Positions 8,301 to 17,600 of a stretch of DNA of 30,507 nt are shown here, piece by piece. This DNA comes from a virus. Lineage: Duplodnaviria > Caudoviricetes. Both the position numbers and the translations under genes were made by a program. The notes under the pieces were generated by a model. That model searched no databases, was not told the DNA's origin, and worked only from the letters and a program-made list of their open reading frames with translations. Positions within the stretch are counted from its first letter, which is position 1. Every line of letters starts with the position of its first letter. The stretch covers positions 1 to 30,507 of IMG/VR virus record IMGVR_UViG_3300030330_005611. One strand, written 5' to 3'.

Positions 8301-11300
8301 GATATATCCAAAGAAATCTCCCTGTGGTTGATCTGCAAGAGAATATGTATCAACATTCAATGTGGTCGATGTAGAAGAATAAACTTCGGGAATAGTTCCG
8401 CCATCAACATAAGGATTATCTGGATAAACCTCTGTTGGAGAGTTATAATCGCCCCTTCTATGATTTGACTGAGCAACTCTGAAGTTAATGCTAGGATTTG
8501 TATCCTTACCTTCTTCACCAAGACCTTTATTGATAACTCGTCCTTGAACTGTTTCTCCAACCTGGAATGTGCCAGAACTCATTGAGATTTCAATTAGTTT
8601 TGGTACACAGAACTTAGAAACATCTTTACCATCAAAGAATGCATAAATTCGAGTGCTTGGTTTTAAGTTTGCTGCATAGAATTCAACATTTCTTGATCTT
8701 ACACTAGCGATAATTTCAGTGCTAAGAACTTTATCACCAACAGAAACTTCCTCAAAAGTTTCAGTAACTACGTATTGCGTACCAGTTCTTTCCCTAATTC
8801 CGCTCTCAATAGTATCAGTTACATCCTGTTCAATTGGTTGAGTAGTAGTCTGTCTAACCCATGCTGCAGGTCCACCTGATCCACCATTAATCCATCCACC
8901 TCGTCCAAATGTGCGACTGCTAGTGGTAGTAGACTCTCTAGTGTCAGTTTGAGTTGTAAATGTACCCGACCAAGTTGTCTCCCAAGAATTCCATACTTCA
9001 GGAGCAAATCCAGTTTCTGGATCAACACCATATTTTTCTTCAGCCTCAGACATGATCTGAGAATAGTTACCAATAGTATCAATTGTTCTTGCTTCTACTC
9101 TAGTTTGATCAACCCAATTATCAGAAGCAGGTGTCAAGACAATTGTTCCTTGCCAGAAACTAATCAAGAAAGGAGTTACACTCTCAGTTCTAGTTGCAAA
9201 ATTTTGTGTTATCCACTCGACATCAGAATAATCAAGACTGAGGATGTCATTTTGCTTTCTAACATTAGTTCCATCTATAACAGCAGTTCTCTTGTCTGCT
9301 GTGGGATCAACATCTACGACAGGACCTGTTTGTAAGGAGAATGAGTTTGTACTGTGTTTTGGTCTAAGGATCTTGTTAACCTGATCAATACTATTATTTC
9401 TACCAAGTCTCAAATCTTGGGTAGAGAATGATGTAAAGTTGTCTACAAAGAATCCAGACTTAAATCTATTAAGACCGTTTGCATCAGGTATAAATTGATT
9501 AGCAGTATTTGTTTCAAGTATAGAAAGAGTTGTATAATACTCTAAATTTTTAATTCTATCCTCAAGTTTCTTGATATCCTTCATCTGATATCTCTTGTAC
9601 TTCAAGAATTTAACAGACGCTTGCTGTACATTGTGAAGGAATGGAGGATATTCTATCGTAGCAAGTTCAATTGCGTTAGCAGGAGACTCTGGTTGTGCTC
9701 TCTTCGGATCATCCGAAGGAGTTCCAAACTTCATCTGAAGTTTTCCGTCTTTATGTAAATAAAGTCTATCAATTCTTCCTTGATAGTATGCATAATCTAA
9801 GAAAATAGTCTCATTAGACGCAAGAATATTTGGAACAGAATTTCCTGTGGCATTGAAGGATCTTCCAAGGAATTCTAAAGGAGATCTAGAGCCTTCAGAT
9901 ACTGTATAGTTGCTAACTCTTGGTCTTAAATCAATAAGATCAGTATTCAGTACTCCGTTGATTGCCTTAACTTCAGTGGAGTAGTCAAAGTCGTTATATG
10001 ATTCGACAGTAACAATATCTCCATCATCAGTAGGATCAAATGATGCAGCCTTGTAATATACTTTAATTTTATTCTTCGGAGCGTCAGAATCACTCTTTCT
10101 GGTTATAAATCCATGATTATAGATTGTTCCTCTTTGTCCAGATCCAAAAGTATAATTGGATGAAATATTAAATGAAGTTGTATCTAAATCACTTACTCTA
10201 CCAGAAATAGAAGATTCCTGGAATTCAACTGTCTCTCCCTCTACAAATTTAAAGTTGTTCTTGGGGAGATATCTGATAGTAGTTGCGTCTTTTATTTCCG
10301 CAAATACTGCAACTGCACCACTTGTTTGACCAACCATCAATTCTCCAATAACCATATCACCTGTTGAGGCGCTAGGTCCATTCATCTGAGTGAGAGCCAT
10401 CTCTGGAGCACCAAAGTTGGAATCAGTTAACGCAACATCAGATGTTTCATATATTGCATGAATTTCAATAACATCTGGAACATTCAATGATATAACACTA
10501 TCCTGAACTCTAGTTCCAAATGGATAATCTCCATAGGTTAATCCATCATTTAAACTAGTTGATCCAATTCCAGAAGCTGGACTAATAGATTTATCAACTA
10601 CTAAAGATTTTACTCTATCTTTAACTTTTTTCTTCGATTTTACATTAGTCTTTTTAACGGTGGCAATAAGTTGAGCACCAGTGTCATCTGCTCCTAAACC
10701 TCTGATTTGAAGTTCTCTGAGATTTGCAGAGAATGCAAAGTTATTTCTAGTCAGTGGTTCAGTTGTTCCATCTGATCTGATAAGAGAATATCTTTCGTCA
10801 GAATATGGAAGATATGTTTCTCCTTCTGGAAGCGTGGCAGTAAGTACACTGGTGGAACTTAATTGATTATTTGTGATATCTACCGTAAATGGTTTTCTGA
10901 GTGTTAACTCAGCATCGGTAAGATCTACTGTAGCAATATTTTCATTTGGCAATTCTGTATAGAAAGTTGTATCAGACGAAGCATCTAATGCTGTGGTAAC
11001 AACTTTAAAATCAGAAGCAGTAAAATCTGTTGTTGGAAGTTTTCCACTAGCTACACCAGTGACAGTTGTTACACCAGCAATGGTTACTTCAGTTGCAGTG
11101 ACGCCCACAACTCTTGCTAAAATTTTATCAGTGGATGAAGAAGGATCAGAATATTCAACTAAGTTGTTCTCTTTTATCTGACCTGGGAATAGTGCATTTG
11201 CACTAGTAACAGTACTGACTCCTGCAGAGAAACCACTAATAGAAGCAGATCCTACAGTTAATGCTGGGGTTTGTACAACATTAGCAGTAAATGTGTTAAG

Positions 11301-13049
11301 ACCTACGATATTATTTCCACCTACTCCTTGTCCTATTCCAGTGTCAGAATAGACAGATTTTACATCAGAAATTCCATGAGAAGTGATTGCAGTAGCAACT
11401 CGATTTATCGTAGATACTTGCGTTGAAATTCCACTTCTAAAGATAAGAACTTCATTTTTGATAAATTTGCCTTTTTGATCATATACTGTCAAGGCGGTTC
11501 CAGCACTAACTGGACTTCTTAAGAATCCAGTTGCTCCACTGCTATTTCCCTCAACATATGCTGGAATCGCTAAGTCAACAGAACTATTAACAGTAATCTC
11601 TGTAAATGGTTGTATATCGTACAGAGACATACCCCATTCATTATCTTGTGGTAACGATGAGTTATATGAACCAGATTCTAATCTAAAATCAAATACTCTG
11701 GCAAATCCAATTTCTTTTCCTGGTGCTGTTTCAGAGTTTAATCCAACTCTTTGGTCTCTCAAACTGACGATATAAGTATTTCCTACTCCAATAGTTGGTG
11801 ATCTATAAACACTGTTTAACTTAAGTGTTGGACCAGTGCTATATGGGAAGAACGTATTTTCAATAGTTCTTGTTGCCCTTGGTTTAGGTACATCAATAAA
11901 AGAGGGACTTATTGTTTCAACTTCATATCCTCTGACATATGCTTTACCTGGCGATACTCTACAAATCGCTAAATCTGGACTAGGAGTAGATCCAGCAGCG
12001 GTAAATTGACCCTCTTCATACAATCCATTATTTCCGCGATTGTTATTAAGAGAGTTTAGAATAGAAATATTAAATGGTTTAACAATGTAGTGACCACTTT
12101 CATCATATGTTCTTCTTGCTAAGATATCTTGCAGATTATCATAGAAAACATAACCATTACCCTTAGAACTACCTCTCTTGGTAGATGTTTGAAGAACACC
12201 ATTGATTACAGTTGCTAATAAAATAAAATTATCATCATTAAAGTCATCAAGTGATTTTTTAAACAGACTTGTAGAAATTTTAAGTCTATCTGCACCTGGG
12301 GCTCCATAATTATTGAATCCTTGAGAATTATCGTTCAAAGATTCATCAGTATTTGAATTTACAATCTCTTCAGAAATAAAGAGACCAATTCTGTAACTAG
12401 GAGTATTTGTATATTGATCTAAAACTAAAGACTCTCTAGCTACATTTACAAAATTTCCACGAATGAAGTAAACTCCGTTTTCAATTTGAAATACTGATCC
12501 TGTAGCGGTTGCATCAGCAGGTATGGTATTCGCAAATGGAGTTCCAGCAGAGATAGTAGAATTTCCGAGTAGACCTGAAGATAGAACTTGATTACAAGTC
12601 AGGGACTCTCCAGAACTAAAGGTCTGAGTGGTATTATCGGCTTTAGACGAACCTTGATATGCAATATAAAGAGTTAAGTTTCCTCTCTCGGAATCTGCAG
12701 AGGGAAGAATACTATCAACAACAGCAGTAACACCTGAAGTTTGTCCTGTAATAGTCGTTCCGACTAATTGATCAGCATATGCCTCAACAGGAACTCCCTG
12801 AAAAGTGTTTGCCAGTTGCACACAGTAGTACAACTGAGAATATCCAGTATTACCAGGAATTACTTTTGCACCTTCTTTAAAAAAGTGCTGACCAAACTTC
12901 TCTATCTGATTCTGAAGAATCGACTGTAAAGATGTTAATTCTCTTGCCTGAACTGGGTATCCAGGCTTAAAAAGCACCTTGTGGTAATCGTTCGTCGCAT
13001 CAAAATCGTCAAAATATGGTGCTACGTTTAGGTTCGTCTGCTGTGGCAT
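5382..13049 (-). CDS. Large virion structural protein, DUF4815 / VrlC-like, 2555 aa
   Basis: N-terminus MPQQTNLNVAPYFDDFD...KVLFKPGYPVQARELTSLQSILQNQIEKFG; internal APGADRLKI, LARRTYDESG, PGKAYVRGYE, NRFKSGFFVDNF, DPLAQSF and LFKSQNASTWEASQWEDLKF; ends NLRVLALA. Position after gp8 is as in cyanomyoviruses. Confidence 0.85.
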   Translation of the reverse strand: MPQQTNLNVAPYFDDFDATNDYHKVLFKPGYPVQARELTSLQSILQNQIEKFGQHFFKEGAKVIPGNTGYSQLYYCVQLANTFQGVPVEAYADQLVGTTITGQTSGVTAVVDSILPSADSERGNLTLYIAYQGSSKADNTTQTFSSGESLTCNQVLSSGLLGNSTISAGTPFANTIPADATATGSVFQIENGVYFIRGNFVNVARESLVLDQYTNTPSYRIGLFISEEIVNSNTDESLNDNSQGFNNYGAPGADRLKISTSLFKKSLDDFNDDNFILLATVINGVLQTSTKRGSSKGNGYVFYDNLQDILARRTYDESGHYIVKPFNISILNSLNNNRGNNGLYEEGQFTAAGSTPSPDLAICRVSPGKAYVRGYEVETISPSFIDVPKPRATRTIENTFFPYSTGPTLKLNSVYRSPTIGVGNTYIVSLRDQRVGLNSETAPGKEIGFARVFDFRLESGSYNSSLPQDNEWGMSLYDIQPFTEITVNSSVDLAIPAYVEGNSSGATGFLRSPVSAGTALTVYDQKGKFIKNEVLIFRSGISTQVSTINRVATAITSHGISDVKSVYSDTGIGQGVGGNNIVGLNTFTANVVQTPALTVGSASISGFSAGVSTVTSANALFPGQIKENNLVEYSDPSSSTDKILARVVGVTATEVTIAGVTTVTGVASGKLPTTDFTASDFKVVTTALDASSDTTFYTELPNENIATVDLTDAELTLRKPFTVDITNNQLSSTSVLTATLPEGETYLPYSDERYSLIRSDGTTEPLTRNNFAFSANLRELQIRGLGADDTGAQLIATVKKTNVKSKKKVKDRVKSLVVDKSISPASGIGSTSLNDGLTYGDYPFGTRVQDSVISLNVPDVIEIHAIYETSDVALTDSNFGAPEMALTQMNGPSASTGDMVIGELMVGQTSGAVAVFAEIKDATTIRYLPKNNFKFVEGETVEFQESSISGRVSDLDTTSFNISSNYTFGSGQRGTIYNHGFITRKSDSDAPKNKIKVYYKAASFDPTDDGDIVTVESYNDFDYSTEVKAINGVLNTDLIDLRPRVSNYTVSEGSRSPLEFLGRSFNATGNSVPNILASNETIFLDYAYYQGRIDRLYLHKDGKLQMKFGTPSDDPKRAQPESPANAIELATIEYPPFLHNVQQASVKFLKYKRYQMKDIKKLEDRIKNLEYYTTLSILETNTANQFIPDANGLNRFKSGFFVDNFTSFSTQDLRLGRNNSIDQVNKILRPKHSTNSFSLQTGPVVDVDPTADKRTAVIDGTNVRKQNDILSLDYSDVEWITQNFATRTESVTPFLISFWQGTIVLTPASDNWVDQTRVEARTIDTIGNYSQIMSEAEEKYGVDPETGFAPEVWNSWETTWSGTFTTQTDTRESTTTSSRTFGRGGWINGGSGGPAAWVRQTTTQPIEQDVTDTIESGIRERTGTQYVVTETFEEVSVGDKVLSTEIIASVRSRNVEFYAANLKPSTRIYAFFDGKDVSKFCVPKLIEISMSSGTFQVGETVQGRVINKGLGEEGKDTNPSINFRVAQSNHRRGDYNSPTEVYPDNPYVDGGTIPEVYSSTSTTLNVDTYSLADQPQGDFFGYIQAGMKLIGQTSGAEAEVTNVRLITDTSSALLGSFFIPDASNGDNPNFATGTNVFTLTNDPDNDQDSATTVGEEAYPTSGILETVQDQILSIRNAKIEQKKLFEDELVNRTVDTEITATRNIGQASTSESIVGWYDPLAQSFLVDQQEDPEGVFITKCDVFFRTKDDGNTPVRMQIRTMDNGFPTPKYFDLSEVILYPDDVNTSTDGTVATTFEFAAPVYLEGGNEYAICLISNSTKYSVYISRVGENDIVSDAYISNQPTLGSLFKSQNASTWEASQWEDLKFTLYRADFVESGSVDLYSPELSEGNKQIATLMENPLNITSKEIRVGLGTTVADNRYVLGNTFYQGTSANRTGQGDLIGVGASATGTLSVTNPGVGYTPADGSFTYTGVNLVAVSGNGSGATADVTIEDGVAIGATINNNGGNGYQVGDVVTISATAPDPSSSDPAGLSVGRNARFTLSGIGFTSQLILGNVQGEFTTGAAGTIRFLDSNDVDRELNSVNGGDVTIPSNGIVEVSDGLHIKVNHVNHGMNFDDNFVRIFGVLPDVKPTKLTAAYDKSSTDPIQVSAGTGDTFSTFEGVGVGLTNTGLLLIGEEVIEYTSTTSSTIGGNISRGVTPKSYPIDTPVYKYELAGVSLARINGTHDLNDVTIPNPITLDSYHIKLDMSQKLGTLGINNNADRSTGVGFPKLFLNRSKSTGGDNVKGSKNIAFEIIKPSIHNITVEGTTLSGQIRTVTTQSISGNEIPYVNAGFEDVTLNTNNFLDSPRAVFSKVNEDRKLNAIEGNKSMQMRLFLGTTNTKLTPQIELQRCSVYAVSNRVNSEVTDYATDPRVNSLFNDPSACQYVSKEVTLENPASSIKVIVDAHIPTDADIRAFYAINSDPGFEPIFEPFPGYLNLDINGQVINDENNDGRPDIFIENSIKRGYSAYDTDFVERTFTIDDLPNFRSYRIKLVMTSTSQELVPQMKNLRVLALA

Positions 13050-13055
13050 AATTCT

Positions 13056-14609
13056 TTAGAACTGCAAGATAACTTTTATGTCTTCTTTTTGGTTTGACGA
13101 TCTTGTAATCGAAGGTCTATTATCTACGTATATAATATTACCAGAATGCTGTCTTACCTCTGGGGATGCAACACCTGTAGTGAAATCCATTCCAAGATAA
13201 TATGTACGATTATTTATCGTCGTTTTGTTATCGCTAAATGTACTATCAATACTTAAAGGTAACCCTGTAGATGGAGTAATCGCTAAAGATCCAGTTCCAG
13301 ATGGAGTTCCAGTGAAACTTTGTAATTCATATCCATATGTTGGATTAGTAACTCCAATCCCAGCAGTTGTAAATCCTGCTACCGTTCTATCTTGCCAAAG
13401 TTTTAAGACACCAGTGTTTTGATCATAATTTACAACTCTACCAACTGCAGTAACACCAGTTCCAACTGTTTGAGTAACGAAGGCATCAGAAGTAAAAGTT
13501 GCCTCACTGTATCCAACTCCAACCAGTTTTAAAGCAACAACTGCACTTGCTTTATCTGCGGTTAAGATTGATCCTCCTGCTGGAGAAAGAGGATTTTCTA
13601 CGATACCGATTCTTGCAAATTGATTGCCTGTAATAAAATCTGGATTTTCATTGTCACTTTCAATTCTGGAATACATCAGAACACTGTATGCACCCAATTC
13701 TCTGTAGATATCAGCACCGTGGCCACCCTGTGGAGTGATAATGACATCAAAGGTTGGTCTGGTCGTTCCGACTGGAATTCCAGCAGCTTCAAAATCAAGA
13801 GTTCCAAAAGTATATCCAGATCCTTGAGCAGATACGGAAACCTCACCGATTTTTGAATCTCCATCAATAGTAACGGTGCATTGTGCTCCTGTACCATCTC
13901 CACGAATAGGAACTGCAGTATATGTTTGATTTGCTGTTCCTAAGTCAGCACCACGATTAGTTATCGTAACAATTTTAATAGAACCATCTACAGCATTTTC
14001 TCTAACTAAAGATGTATCATTGCTAGTGCTCCAGTCTGTAGGAACAGGCATAAAATCTGTAGAATCAAATTTGGTAATGTCTGCTGGTTTGATAGTATAG
14101 AGATATTTCCAAATATACCCGTCACCACTAGTTCCAGCTGCCTTTGGTTCTAAGTCTGTGAAAGTTGGTTCATCTAGAGATGGTCTACCAAGAGTGTTTT
14201 CTGGGTTTGTTCCATTTTGCAGGCAAATATAAACTCTATAGTCGCTATTAAGGACATAGAAGTTTGAATTATACAAATTAGTAGATCCTGAAACTGGAGC
14301 AGTATTTGATCTACTATAATCATGTCGGTACATATCATAGGTAGTACCCGAAGACCAGATTCTCTTGGGAATAACTTGTCTTACATCAGTAGAGTTAATC
14401 CTCTTCAGAGCGATCATTGTATTCCAATAATCATTCTCCTGATCAAAATTATCTTTTGGTGCAGGGGGATTCTCATTCCATGTAGAAGAATAGTCTGTCG
14501 GATTTGGAAGTCCGACAAAAGAATAATAGGAGTTGCTAACATCAGCAACTCCTGCGACAAATTTTTTCGCGTTTAATATTCTTACCTGATCAGTTATAAT
14601 GGCAGCCAT
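13056..14609 (-). CDS. gp8: Baseplate wedge subunit (T4 gp8-like), 517 aa
   Basis: Motifs WSSGTTYDMYRHDYS, FYVLNSDYRVYICLQN, DGYIWKYLYTI, DFMPVP and GGHGADIYRELG; C-terminal SGNIIYVDNRPSITRSSNQKEDIKVILQF. Confidence 0.92.
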   Translation of the reverse strand: MAAIITDQVRILNAKKFVAGVADVSNSYYSFVGLPNPTDYSSTWNENPPAPKDNFDQENDYWNTMIALKRINSTDVRQVIPKRIWSSGTTYDMYRHDYSRSNTAPVSGSTNLYNSNFYVLNSDYRVYICLQNGTNPENTLGRPSLDEPTFTDLEPKAAGTSGDGYIWKYLYTIKPADITKFDSTDFMPVPTDWSTSNDTSLVRENAVDGSIKIVTITNRGADLGTANQTYTAVPIRGDGTGAQCTVTIDGDSKIGEVSVSAQGSGYTFGTLDFEAAGIPVGTTRPTFDVIITPQGGHGADIYRELGAYSVLMYSRIESDNENPDFITGNQFARIGIVENPLSPAGGSILTADKASAVVALKLVGVGYSEATFTSDAFVTQTVGTGVTAVGRVVNYDQNTGVLKLWQDRTVAGFTTAGIGVTNPTYGYELQSFTGTPSGTGSLAITPSTGLPLSIDSTFSDNKTTINNRTYYLGMDFTTGVASPEVRQHSGNIIYVDNRPSITRSSNQKEDIKVILQF

Positions 14610-14629
14610 TTTTGACGGACTTTTTTACT

Positions 14630-14637
14630 TATTTATT
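14630..14637 (-). promoter_or_regulatory. Late promoter box AATAAATA upstream of gp8
   Basis: Lies in the 36-nt gp7-gp8 intergenic gap, 20 nt before the gp8 ATG. Confidence 0.72.
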
Positions 14638-14645
14638 ACGAAAAA

Positions 14646-17600
14646 TCATCCGAATTTTTTGAACCTAATATATCTGCTTCTATAAAGTTTTGAAGAAGTA
14701 GATATGCCAGTCAATCCATTTGTTCCTATTCCAGACATTGTGTGTGCTGGATATGAAAGTTCTTTGGTTCTAGCCTCTAGGTTAACCTTACCCCAAGAGT
14801 ATTCGCCAAGGAATGCTCCAGTTGTAAGTCCAGTAATTCCATCGGGTTCCATATTAGTGTTTACACTAACCTTAATTACATTGGTGCTAACTCCAGCAAT
14901 AACTTGAGTTTCAAGTTCCATCTTATTGACAACATATACATTATCAAGGAACTCCGATCCAATTCCAACTACTGTAGCATTATCAGTTCCAAGAGCACTT
15001 ATACTTGTTGATGCTGCTCCCAAATTAGAGTTTCTTACGATAAAGTAGTCTCCTGTGGATATTCCACTTAAGGTTACTGCAGTTCCAACTAAATTAGCAT
15101 CTCTCATCTCAGAATCTAGAGGAATGTGTAAGTGGAACATCATTCCTGTTGCACCAACACCAATAGAAGTAGTTCCAAGTCCAACAATTATTCCAGAATC
15201 TCCAGAGTATCCAGTGTTTTGTACGACATCGCACAATTCTGTTTGCTCTGCAGGAGGTCCAATCAAGACTAAAGGTGGATTTGTAGTTGTATATCCACTT
15301 CCAGGATTGGTAATAGTAACTCCAGTGACAACTCCATTGGCGATTGTTGCCTCTGCAGTTGCGGTTACAGATCCTACACCAATACTTACATCTGGTGTTG
15401 TTGAATATCCAACACCACCATTATCAATCATAATAGAAGTAATAGTTCCGCCAGAGGAAACAACAGCGGTTGCCGCTGCTCCAGTAACGACGACTGGATT
15501 TACTAATTTTACTCCTTTTTGAATCGTGTTTCTAAATGTAGCTTGTGGATTTTCATTATTAAGATCAAACAATGGTCTCAATCTATCAACATAGATTGTA
15601 GTTGAACCAATACCAACAGAACTAATAATATTTGCCACTGGATTGATGACGGGTTCATAAATTTCCCTATCCTTTCCAACTTCTTGACCGTTGATAATCT
15701 TATCTTGAGTTTGTCTACACCAGGTAAGTGGTCTTTCGAAAGTGGTGTCAGTAGTATTTCCTGGACCAAAATATGGAAGAGTTTCACACTTATCAACATT
15801 CGTAATAGAACTAATTGTTCTAGCATCTTCTTGCTGATATGGTTTTTGTCCCAGATCTGGATTGTAGTTTAAAGTAACTTCATCTCCATATTTCAGAGTT
15901 TCAATAACTTCTCTATCAATAACATCCAATGCATCTCCACTTCCCTTATAGAAACAGATGTTGAGAGTGTCTCCAATCTTCAATGGTTCTGCAAAAGTTA
16001 TTTGAGAACCACCTACAAACTTATATGAGTCTCCTGGTTTTTGAAGTATTTCATTTACAAATACTAAGAGTAACTGATCGAGTTCAATCTTAGATCCCTT
16101 CGACTTATTAATAGATACTGGAATACCAGCCTTGATCAATGGGAAGTCGATTCTAGTACCATCAATGAAGTTGGTAACATCATCAAATGTGTCAAAAACA
16201 CCTACAGACCATCCAGTAAACTCATCATTGATTACTTTTTCAACTTGAATTTCAAATATATCTGTAGGTATGAAAGAAGATGTAGTAGGAATTCCAGTGG
16301 TTCCGCCAACAGAAACTGTTAGTCTTTCTCCGTTACCGTAACCATATCCAGTGTTGTTGATTTCAAAAGAAATTACACTAGATCCTTGACCAACAACAAC
16401 ATCGATTGTGGCATCTGTTCCTAATCCAGTTGTTCCAGAAACATAATCTAATGGCAAATTGGTATATGAAAGTGGAGAGTCAAATATGATATCAAGTGGT
16501 TTTGCAACAGTTCCACATCTTGCATAGAAGTGTGCGCGAGTGGAAAGACCAGAGTTTATTTCAAAAGTGGTATTATCAATAATTCTGAGAACACTTGATC
16601 CTTGTGATGCTGGATCAAATCCACTTGCAGAGTTATTATTTACTCTAGGTGCAATAAGAGCAGGTTGTGCAGTTCCACCACTTTGATAGAATGTTGGGAC
16701 TGTTGTAACGCCAGCATTAACTTCAAATTCTGTTGCACTATTGACAGCGGTTACTTTCGCTCCGCAGTAAATTGGATCAGTTGTTCTTGGATAAACATGT
16801 GTACCAGGACCCAATCCACAAGTAAATCCTAATCCAGTAAGAAGAACATCACTTCTCTGACCTGATGTATTAAGATTGTGTGGTGCAGCAGTTGTAACGG
16901 TCAGAATGCCAGTTACATTGTCATAGAGAGCATTAGTTACATTGACTGCTTCAGATCCACTATAGTTGCAGGTGAATGCAATTCCAGAAACATTAATTAC
17001 CTCATTTGCAGACAATCCATGTGCGGTTGATGTTGTAATAGTGGTAATTCCAGTTACATTATCATAAAGTACATTTGAAACGCTGCGTGGGGCATAGAAT
17101 ACTCTATCAGTTGTAATAGCAACCGAGGTTACATTGCCATCAGTAGCAGAAGCAATTCCGATTGGAACTAAAGTAGTGCCATTAACATTTGGAAGTTCTA
17201 CGACTACATTAATGTCTGTTTGTATTCCAGATCTATAACCAGAACCACTATTACCAATCGATACAGAAGTAATAGTACCTGCAGCAGATACAACTGCTTC
17301 TCCACCTGCAGCAACTAGAGGTTGTAATCCAAACCCTGCACTAGATCCAACAGAAACCAACATTCCACCTCTTGGGAAGGTGCTTAGGCCAACATCATTA
17401 GTGATGTTTCTAGCAGTTCCATCAAAAGTGATAGAGGTTATACCAGTGCTTTCGGATAGAGTGTAATTATTTTGCTCTCCGAGAACCTGGAATATATCAT
17501 TAACTAATACAATTGCACCTTCGTTATTAATTCCAGTAATATCACTTCCATCAGATTTCAAAGTAAATTCATTTTTGATTCCGTTGAACTGATCTGAAAG

